DNA of 39,203 nucleotides from an uncultured Candidatus Saccharibacteria bacterium (GCA_964354935.1 CAYHBT010000004.1:1-39203); one strand, 5' to 3'; numbered from the stretch's first letter, positions 18,680 to 26,085 are shown. Notes: generated by a model from the letters alone, not told the origin. A program made the numbers and translations.

Positions 18680-19360
18680 ATGGTAGAACCAAATCAGGTT
18701 ACCGAGCTAGAAAATAATCAAAAGAAAGTTGATGACGCCATGGAAACCATGACCCCATCTAAAGAAATGACAGACGGACAAATCGATAAAGCTGTTGACA
18801 GCTATCGCGCGGTTCTGCGTAAGCATCGTTCAGAACTCGGTTCCGAAAATGTGCAATACATACTCGGTCAACCCGAATATGTGGCAGAACAGGTGTTGGT
18901 GCTTCGTCGGCGTGTCGAATCGGTTAGTGAAATGATTGTCCGTCATTTCAAGATCGACCCAAACAAGTCACCAAATCAAATGATCACCGCTTTGGGTCGC
19001 AAAGAGTATGTCAATGTTGACGTACTCTCAACGATGCCTGCGCCGGAATTGTTGGAGGGCGACCTCTACTTTTTTCCGGTGAAGAAAGTAATTCCAGTCG
19101 CAGAATATGATCGCGAATTCGAGATTCGCGGTTTGGTGCCTCACCCATACGCCCAAATTCAGGTGAACGCCGATGACCAGGCTTTCGCGGATGAACACCC
19201 GAACGGCGTTCAATGGAAAGACAAAGACGGCAATATTTGCTGTGCGTATTTCGACCGCTGGCTTGGCGAGCGCAAGGTGGACGTCAATCGCTACGACAAC
19301 CGCTGGGACGATGGCTGGTGGTTTGCCGGTGTTCGCAAGGATATTGTTCCTCAGGTTTAG
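18680..19360 (+). CDS. DGR target protein with C-terminal variable region
   Basis: The 3' end contains the VR. The start is placed downstream of the consensus promoter (ATG 18740 is an alternative). No signal peptide or TM helix. Confidence 0.88.
   Translation: MVEPNQVTELENNQKKVDDAMETMTPSKEMTDGQIDKAVDSYRAVLRKHRSELGSENVQYILGQPEYVAEQVLVLRRRVESVSEMIVRHFKIDPNKSPNQMITALGRKEYVNVDVLSTMPAPELLEGDLYFFPVKKVIPVAEYDREFEIRGLVPHPYAQIQVNADDQAFADEHPNGVQWKDKDGNICCAYFDRWLGERKVDVNRYDNRWDDGWWFAGVRKDIVPQV
19235..19338 (+). repeat. DGR variable repeat (VR)
   Basis: 104-bp ungapped match to 19800-19903 with 13 substitutions, all at TR adenines. Confidence 0.95.
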
Positions 19361-19799
19361 GTCTAGTTGGTTCTCTCGAACCTTTGGACTTAGTCCTGCA
19401 TTCGATTTTAAAATCAATAACTGTGGGTGCTTGTTATCTAACCCTCAAAAAGTCCTGCTTAACCACTTTAATGTGTATGCAGGCTTTTTCATTTGTATTT
19501 ATTTTTTGATATACTAAAAACGGTAGTAGGTGAATATCAGCAAGTGTTCACGGATGCTTGCCACCGAATCCAGTATCCATATATCGAGAATGTCTAAGAT
19601 CACGGTTTTAGACAGAGTGGTGTATGTAGCACTTCATCCTTCGATAAAAACTCAGGATGACCCTGAGTCTGTCGAATGGGTCATAAAAAATGAAAATACT
19701 TGGTATAGAATGCTGACGCATTATGATGCGAAATAATATTCAATCCTAAACTATTCCAAAAGAATTTTAAGGGGTGGTGGTAAAGATGGCATTCTGTAC

Positions 19800-19903
19800 A
19801 ATTGCTATGCGTATTTCAACCGCTGGAATGACGAGCGCAAGGTGAACGTCAATCGCAACGACAACAACTGGAACGATAACTGGTGGTTTGCCGGTGTTCG
19901 CAA
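19800..19903 (+). repeat. DGR template repeat (TR)
   Basis: Rich in in-frame AAC/AAT codons; has A at every position that differs from the VR; adjacent to avd and RT. Confidence 0.95.
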
Positions 19904-19909
19904 CTCTTT

Positions 19910-20275
19910 TCATTTCTCTCCCGACTTTTTGTCCGGAGAGTTTTGCTTTATGAGCTGTCCGTGCCAGCCGCCAAGCTGTTTCCCAGCTGACGCAAAGGGT
20001 TCTGATAAAGCAGTATATTTTTTAGTATCCAATGCTTTAATTTCCCAAAGTATATATAAAAGAAATTTAAGTGTATCCAGCGAGATGATAGCTTTCCGAA
20101 CAAACGGTTGTTTTTCTTGTTTTTCCAAAAAACTTGCTACTAAAATACTCTCGATAGTTTGAATAAAATATTTATCTATTGTTTCCGCTAGAGTATGGCG
20201 TGAAGTTTTTGGAACCGTCGGCAGATAACTTTGCCACAATATGTATGCTGACTTGATTATCTCCAAAACCGGCAA
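19910..20275 (-). CDS. avd: DGR accessory variability determinant (Avd-like four-helix bundle); true start may be ATG 20318 across a homopolymer frameshift
   Basis: Basic helical protein of about 120 aa; LDTLKFLL, GKQLGGW; lies between TR and RT. Confidence 0.85.
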   Translation of the reverse strand: MPVLEIIKSAYILWQSYLPTVPKTSRHTLAETIDKYFIQTIESILVASFLEKQEKQPFVRKAIISLDTLKFLLYILWEIKALDTKKYTALSEPFASAGKQLGGWHGQLIKQNSPDKKSGEK

Positions 20276-20354
20276 TATTTTCCAAGTGGGGGGGGGTCTT
20301 GATAGTTTCTTTTTGCATTTTTTGTATATTAATTTAATAAAGCAAAATCATAGC

Positions 20355-21377
20355 ATGAAATTAATTAAACCTATAAATTTTGAAGAAATAATTTCCGTGG
20401 AAAATTTACTTTTAGCTTGGAAAGAATTTCTGCGTGGGAAAAGAAACAAAAAAGATGTGCCAGAATTTCAACTACATTTAATGGACAACATTCTTTCTCT
20501 ACATAATGATTTAAAAAACAAGACATATATACACGGAGGATATTACGCTTTCAATATTTCTGACCCTAAACCTAGAAATATACATAAAGCTTCTGTGCGA
20601 GACCGACTTTTACATCATGCGATTTATAGGATTCTGTATCCATATTTTGATAAAAAATTCATTCACGATTCATATTCTTGCAGAATAAACAAAGGAACGC
20701 ATAAAGCGATAAACAGATTTCATTTTTTCTTCCGCAAAATTTCAAAGAACAATACAAGGTCTTGCCTTGTACTTAAATGCGATATCAGAAAATTCTTTGC
20801 GAATATCAACCACCAGATTCTCAAAAATATACTGTCAAAGTGTCTCTTTGACACGGATATTCTTTGGTTACTTTCGCAGGTGATAGACAGCTTTTCTTCA
20901 AATCCCATAGGTCAGACCTATGGGGCAATTTCAATATCAGCTATAGCTGATATGCGAAAAGGTCTACCACTCGGCAATTTAACCTCCCAGCTTCTAGTAA
21001 ATATCTATATGAATGAATTTGACCAGTTTGTGAAAAGGGAATTGAAAGTAAAATATTATATACGATATGCAGATGATTTTGTAATTTTGCAAAATAACAA
21101 AATCGAACTTTCAAATATTTTAGCTAAGATTTCAATATTTCTCAGTGAGAGCTTAAAGCTCTCACTGCATCCGGACAAGGTTTTTATTAAAACTGTTGCT
21201 TCAGGAGTGGATTTTCTAGGCTGGGTGAACTTTCCAAGACATAGAGTTTTGCGGAGGAGTACGAAAAGGAAGATGTTGAGGAATCTAACAAAAAATTCAA
21301 AGCCGGAAACAATCCCATCATATTTGGGAATGCTTAAACACGGGAACAGTTATAAATTGAAATTGATTTTAAAATAA
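20355..21377 (+). CDS. DGR reverse transcriptase
   Basis: KPRNI..ASVRDRLLHHA, KCDIRKFF, GLPLGNLTSQ, RYADDF, GVDFLG; no maturase or endonuclease domain. Confidence 0.95.
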   Translation: MKLIKPINFEEIISVENLLLAWKEFLRGKRNKKDVPEFQLHLMDNILSLHNDLKNKTYIHGGYYAFNISDPKPRNIHKASVRDRLLHHAIYRILYPYFDKKFIHDSYSCRINKGTHKAINRFHFFFRKISKNNTRSCLVLKCDIRKFFANINHQILKNILSKCLFDTDILWLLSQVIDSFSSNPIGQTYGAISISAIADMRKGLPLGNLTSQLLVNIYMNEFDQFVKRELKVKYYIRYADDFVILQNNKIELSNILAKISIFLSESLKLSLHPDKVFIKTVASGVDFLGWVNFPRHRVLRRSTKRKMLRNLTKNSKPETIPSYLGMLKHGNSYKLKLILK

Positions 21378-21417
21378 TAGCTTGTTATTTACCCATAAAA
21401 GAAATATAATATAAGAT

Positions 21418-21669
21418 ATGGACGCAATCTTGCAATCAGAAATATTTTTCTTCATTTCCTCCGTGGGGTTTGTTTTTCTGTGGGTTCTGGTCGCGATATT
21501 TTTAGTTTACTTGATTCGCGCCACGAGGACTTTTAATAGAATTATAAATCGAATAGAAAAAGATATAGATCAAATTGGCGATACGACAAAAGAAATGGTC
21601 GAAGATATGAAAGACAGTATGATTTTCAGATTTCTTTTCAAAAAGAAAAAAAAGACTCGCAAAGATTAG
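21418..21669 (+). CDS. Small single-TM coiled-coil protein (DUF948-like)
   Basis: N-terminal TM helix followed by a coiled coil. Confidence 0.6.
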   Translation: MDAILQSEIFFFISSVGFVFLWVLVAIFLVYLIRATRTFNRIINRIEKDIDQIGDTTKEMVEDMKDSMIFRFLFKKKKKTRKD

Positions 21670-21707
21670 AGTAGTTAAAAAGTTTATAAAGTAAAATAAA
21701 AAAAACT

Positions 21708-22031
21708 ATGAAAACAAAAAAAACATCAAAGATGTCTACAGCGAAAAAAGTGGTAATCGGGGCGGGGATAGCGGCAGCTAGCGCCGGAGCGTATTACTTG
21801 CTCGGACCGAATGCCAAAGCGCATCAGAAAAAAGCGGGAGCGCTATTGGCTAAAATGAAAAAAGAAGTGCAAAGCGAAATAAAAAAAGGAGAAGAAATGA
21901 CGGTCGCTTTGTATCATAAAGCAGTAGACACGATTGCTTCAAACTATAGCAAGCAATATAAACTGCACGAGAAAGACATAAAATCTTTTGCAAAGAAGTT
22001 GAAAAGTGAGTACAAGAAAGTTGTTAAATAG
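21708..22031 (+). CDS. YtxH-like protein
   Basis: GAGIAAASAGAYYLLGP followed by a Lys-rich helix. Confidence 0.6.
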   Translation: MKTKKTSKMSTAKKVVIGAGIAAASAGAYYLLGPNAKAHQKKAGALLAKMKKEVQSEIKKGEEMTVALYHKAVDTIASNYSKQYKLHEKDIKSFAKKLKSEYKKVVK

Positions 22032-22419
22032 CAGTATTGTTTTTCGCCATTTTCTCAAAAAATTTGTCCAAAGACCAATCGCTTGGTCCGGAGAGAAAGA
22101 TTGAAAAGAGAGCAATGGTGAGGCCAAAATCTCGCACACCAATCGGGCTATATCCGACGCTAAACACAATCCCAAGCAAGTGAAGGCTTAGCAGAAGGGC
22201 GACGATTCTAGTATAAAATCCGGCGATGAGGAGTGCGCCGAAAGTTAGCTCAAACCAGCCGTTTATGTATATAAAATCAATCTGGCTAATCGGCAGATTT
22301 TTTGTCCATTCCGGCAAGTATCCTACCCAAGCGGTGGGACTGCCCAATTGTTGCAGAGCAAACCAGAGCATCACTAAACCCATACCGAATCTTAAAATTA
22401 CCGGAGCCCATTTTTGCAT
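22024..22419 (-). CDS. DoxX-family membrane protein
   Basis: LRFGMG...E...G.LLIAGFYTR...VRDFGL...WSLD. Confidence 0.85.
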   Translation of the reverse strand: MQKWAPVILRFGMGLVMLWFALQQLGSPTAWVGYLPEWTKNLPISQIDFIYINGWFELTFGALLIAGFYTRIVALLLSLHLLGIVFSVGYSPIGVRDFGLTIALFSIFLSGPSDWSLDKFFEKMAKNNTAI

Positions 22420-22425
22420 AATGTT

Positions 22426-22806
22426 TTATTGAAGTTTACCGATCAAAAAACTGTCTAATTTTATTTCTTGCTTGGGCTGTCCGCCGTGCTTGCCTGTAAA
22501 TGCGCTTGTGCCGTCTTTCCCGCATAAGTACAGTATTGCGTCTTTGCCGCCAGGGTGCTGATTGACCCAAGAAGTCAGATCATAAACATTTCCGTTGATT
22601 GAAGTCCAACAGCTTTGCGCGTCAGCGTGTAAAGTGATATCACTCATCGAGTATGATTTCTCAGCCGGAGGGATAGCTTTTTCTTCTATCGCCGGCGCTA
22701 TTGCCGTGTTTGAATTTGGAGAACGAAGAGTAATAAAAAGTACTCCAAGAACAATTAAAAATAATATAACTGCGCCAAACTTTGTTTTTGAATTTTCCAT
22801 ATGCAC
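22426..22806 (-). CDS. Membrane-anchored cytochrome b5-like heme/steroid-binding protein
   Basis: CWTSINGNVYDLT..V.QHPGG...CGKDGT..F...H. Confidence 0.9.
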   Translation of the reverse strand: MHMENSKTKFGAVILFLIVLGVLFITLRSPNSNTAIAPAIEEKAIPPAEKSYSMSDITLHADAQSCWTSINGNVYDLTSWVNQHPGGKDAILYLCGKDGTSAFTGKHGGQPKQEIKLDSFLIGKLQ

Positions 22807-22843
22807 ATTATATTATAAAATTTTAAATAAACAAAAAGCTTGT

Positions 22844-24346
22844 TTAACCTAGACTTTTTCGCAAAATTCCGGTCTGTTCGATTATTCTTTGAACTTTTTT
22901 GTGATTAGTCTTTGAGCGGAGAAGTTCGCTAGTAAATTGAGAGTGCAATAATTCTTTTTCATTTCGAGGACCGAATTTAATTTTTAGCATCTTCTCCGCT
23001 TCCAAGATACCCTTTTCGACATTTTCCCAATTTTTATTTTTATGTGACAGATTTTTTAAGTTGCGCCAGTTTAAAAATTTGCCAGATTCCCGCAAGTTGC
23101 TGACATAGTTTCTGTAATACTTGTTGAGCAGGGAAAGGTCGCCTTGTTTTAGCTTTGCAAAGCCAATGATGCCTAAAAATTCCGGCGGAATTCCGAGAGA
23201 ATAAAAACTGCCGGTGAAGGTGATGGCTCGAGGCAGGGTCATTTTGCCTGTCTTTCGTCCGTAGGACAGGAGCCCGATGTGCAAATGCCTTTCACGGCGA
23301 CGAGGAAAGGCGCTAAAGACGAATTTCAAGTCCGGAAAGATTTTATTTAAAACCGATTGGTACTCTTCTTCAAATATTTTGATGATATGCATCAATTTCT
23401 TTCTGTCTGTTTTTAAAACAATTTGCGATTTTCCCGCCGGTTTTTGGTTGTGATATTCTATGGCTTTTTTGACTTTCGAGAGGGGATAATCATATCTAAA
23501 AGCGGACTGGATCGTGATCGTGGTCACCCCCGGATATTCCATATCGAATTCTTTGATTGAAAGGGGATTTAACCCGCCGCGGAAGGGCAGTGAGCCCGCC
23601 CCCAAAATTGGGAAAATCTTAATACCCGTTTCTTCTTCCAATTCTCGCAAATCGGACAAAATAATTTTGTTGGCTAGGACGGTCGGGATTATGCCGGAGA
23701 CCATCGCCGGATCGCTACGAGCGATAAAGACACGCATATGATCAGGCGGGCTCCCAAAAGCCTCTTTGTGCATTTTTAAATAACTCAAAAGTATTTTCTT
23801 GGCTTTGATTTGAGTGTCGACGCCTTCAAACAGGGGAATGATGCGCACATACTCGTTGTTTTTTTGAAACTTACTGAACATTTTGGATTTCAGTCGCGCT
23901 AATTCCCGAAAAGATTTCTGAATGAAAATTAATTGTTTAGCATTTTCCGTCATCGGCAAAATTACTTCAAAAATAGGCGGGTGATGAAATTTCAAATCGC
24001 GGGCAAAATCTTCGCTGGTCAAGACCACCATCAAAGAGCGAATCAAACTATAGCCATGTTCTTGCCAAATATTTGGAATGCGAAAAGTTAAAAATTTTTT
24101 GAGTCCGAGCGGATTTCTTTTGAAATAATCAAAGTAATGATGGAAAAGCCGATCAATGACCGCTTCGTCGGTAAATTTTCCTTCCCAGTCCCACATAAAT
24201 TCGGAGACGCCTAATTCACGAAAAGAATCTACACATTCAGCCGTCTCTTCGCTGGAACTGACAAATCCACTACCGTCTTTTTTCCAATACGGAGCTTGAG
24301 CATTGTCCGGATGCTGAGTCGCCATAGTTTTCGGAATTTTAAACAT
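22844..24346 (-). CDS. ppcA: Archaeal-type phosphoenolpyruvate carboxylase
   Basis: IPKTMATQHPDNA, MWDWEGK, RVFIARSDPA, GAGSLPFRGG, TIQSAFRYD, LPRAITF, RKSLG. Confidence 0.92.
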   Translation of the reverse strand: MFKIPKTMATQHPDNAQAPYWKKDGSGFVSSSEETAECVDSFRELGVSEFMWDWEGKFTDEAVIDRLFHHYFDYFKRNPLGLKKFLTFRIPNIWQEHGYSLIRSLMVVLTSEDFARDLKFHHPPIFEVILPMTENAKQLIFIQKSFRELARLKSKMFSKFQKNNEYVRIIPLFEGVDTQIKAKKILLSYLKMHKEAFGSPPDHMRVFIARSDPAMVSGIIPTVLANKIILSDLRELEEETGIKIFPILGAGSLPFRGGLNPLSIKEFDMEYPGVTTITIQSAFRYDYPLSKVKKAIEYHNQKPAGKSQIVLKTDRKKLMHIIKIFEEEYQSVLNKIFPDLKFVFSAFPRRRERHLHIGLLSYGRKTGKMTLPRAITFTGSFYSLGIPPEFLGIIGFAKLKQGDLSLLNKYYRNYVSNLRESGKFLNWRNLKNLSHKNKNWENVEKGILEAEKMLKIKFGPRNEKELLHSQFTSELLRSKTNHKKVQRIIEQTGILRKSLG

Positions 24347-24437
24347 GGCGGAGCCGGGCGGATTCGAACCGCCGAGGGGTTTTGAAGCCCCTGCCTCTTT
24401 AGCAAAGAGGTACGTTAGACCGCTCTGACACGGCTCC
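24346..24437 (-). tRNA. tRNA-Ser (GCU)
   Basis: GGAGCCG/CGGCTCC acceptor, CCTCT-TTGCTAA-AGAGG, long variable arm, G73, encoded CCA. Confidence 0.93.
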
Positions 24438-24518
24438 GTTGAACCTAATTACTTTAACATATTCCTGCCTTTTTTCCATTTTTTATGCTAAACTCGAAAT
24501 GTATTTTGAGAGTTTTTT

Positions 24519-24634
24519 GGACAGATGGGTGAGATGGGCTCGGACAGAACTGCTTCTGTCCGAGCCGGCGCAAGGCGCCGACCACGAACCCATTGATCCG
24601 CGTAGCGGGTCCTTTTGAGCGAAGCGAAATTTAA
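24519..24634 (+). repeat. 15-bp duplicate of the tRNA 5' end followed by a highly structured segment of about 100 bp
   Basis: GGACAGATGGGTGAG at 24519 and 24635; hairpins GGCTCGGACAGAA/TTCTGTCCGAGCC, GGCGC/GCGCC, GATCCGC/GCGGGTC. Confidence 0.7.
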
Positions 24635-24721
24635 GGACAGATGGGTGAGTGGTTTAAACCAGCGGTTTACTAAACCGCCGTTCCCTTAAAAGAACCGTGG
24701 GTTCGAATCCCACTCTGTCCG
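24635..24721 (+). tRNA. tRNA-Ser (anticodon ACU)
   Basis: GGACAGA/TCTGTCC acceptor, GCGGT-TTACTAA-ACCGC, long variable arm GTTC/GAAC, GTGGG-TTCGAAT-CCCAC, G73. Confidence 0.88.
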
Positions 24722-24873
24722 CTTTGATTTGTTCCCTTTACTTTTTTGCGGATATGATATAATAGAGAGGTCGATTATTAGAAACTTTAAAACTCAATTT
24801 ATTTATGATTGGAGGACACTAAAAGTGAATTATGTATTTTAAAAGAGACAGCATAGGCTGTCTCTTTGTTTTT

Positions 24874-26085
24874 ATGAAGACTATGACCGAATCACACCCG
24901 AAGATAAAGAAAAATTCTTGCTCCTATTGCGGCGATGCCCCCATCAATCACACTCGTTCTTTTTTAGAGAGTGCGGTCTTTGTCACCGTCGATAGCCATA
25001 TGAAAACGGTTATCAAGTTCGTTCCTTTTTTTATAAAACATTCGATTGATGTAATTCTAGAATTTTTTTTCAAAATACTTTTGTTTTTAAAAATAGCAAA
25101 ATTGTCCAGAGATATTGAGAAAGCTGGCACACTTCGTTCAAAAGTAATTTGGGAAGAAGCTAAGAGGAGGGGGATAGTGATGGAGCAGGTGATATTCCTC
25201 GGCAAACCTCTCGATCATTATCGCGCCAAAATCAGGATTGGAAAGAAAATTAAAGATATTTATTTTGAAAGTATTCCCATTCGACCGGAATTTTTGGATA
25301 TGGAAAAAAGTTGGGACGATAAAGCTGTGCTGAAAAGGGAATTTGAAAAAAATAATATTCCCGTGCCGGCTTATGTCGAATTGGCGTTTTTAAATTTTCA
25401 AAATTTGGAAAAAGTTTTTGCCAAACTCCGCAAACCAATCATTGTCAAACCCAGAGTGGGCTCGCGTGGACGACACACCGCTACCAATATACAAAATTTT
25501 GAGCAATTTAAAGAAGGTGTCAAGATCGCCAATCAAATATGTTCTTACCTAATCGCCGAAGAACATTTGGAAGGCAGTGTGTGCCGAGCGACTTTGGTAA
25601 ACGGCGTTCTCGCCGGATTTTATCAAGCGCAGGCGCCCGCTATCACAGGCGATGGTAAAAAAACGATTAAAGAATTGATTGAAGAAAAAGATACAAAACG
25701 CAACAGTCGAGTCGAACGCATAAATATTTCCGAAGAACTTCATAGCCATATCGCGCGCTCGGGATTTTCTATTTCAGATATTTTACCCAATGGAGTTCCA
25801 TTATCTCTCACACACCGAATGGGTAGGCTGTTTGGCGGCACGACGAGAGAAATGTTTGACGAGCTTCACCCGAGCTTTGTGCCTATTTTAGAAAAAGCGG
25901 CGAAAATCACCGGTCTTTCTGTTGTCGGGTTTGATTGCATTGTGCCGGACCCGACAAAAGATCAGGCCTCGCAAAGATGGGGAATCATCGAGTGCAATTC
26001 TTTGCCGTTTATTGACCTGCATTATTATGCACTAGAAGGCAAGCCGAAAAATATCGCTGGTATGATTTGGGATATGTGGAAATAA
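24874..26085 (+). CDS. ATP-grasp ligase resembling the cyanophycin synthetase N-terminal / GshAB C-terminal domain
   Basis: DDKAVLK, PIIVKPRVGSRG, ITGDGKKTIKELI, GFD, IIECNSLP; N-terminal CSYC. The start was moved past a terminator-like hairpin. Confidence 0.75.
   Translation: MKTMTESHPKIKKNSCSYCGDAPINHTRSFLESAVFVTVDSHMKTVIKFVPFFIKHSIDVILEFFFKILLFLKIAKLSRDIEKAGTLRSKVIWEEAKRRGIVMEQVIFLGKPLDHYRAKIRIGKKIKDIYFESIPIRPEFLDMEKSWDDKAVLKREFEKNNIPVPAYVELAFLNFQNLEKVFAKLRKPIIVKPRVGSRGRHTATNIQNFEQFKEGVKIANQICSYLIAEEHLEGSVCRATLVNGVLAGFYQAQAPAITGDGKKTIKELIEEKDTKRNSRVERINISEELHSHIARSGFSISDILPNGVPLSLTHRMGRLFGGTTREMFDELHPSFVPILEKAAKITGLSVVGFDCIVPDPTKDQASQRWGIIECNSLPFIDLHYYALEGKPKNIAGMIWDMWK

Noticed and set aside
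19842-20162. 106-aa ORF starting in the TR
   Set aside because: It is the TR reading frame running antisense through avd; most likely not a protein.
20355-21377. RT as a group II intron, retron or Abi RT
   Set aside because: There is no maturase or endonuclease domain; the GLPLGNLTSQ motif, adjacent Avd and A-specific TR/VR pair indicate a DGR.
18500-21400. Prophage or integrative element carrying the DGR
   Set aside because: No integrase, structural genes or att-like repeats were seen.
24874-26085. Full cyanophycin synthetase (cphA)
   Set aside because: It is about 400 aa and lacks the Mur-ligase half.
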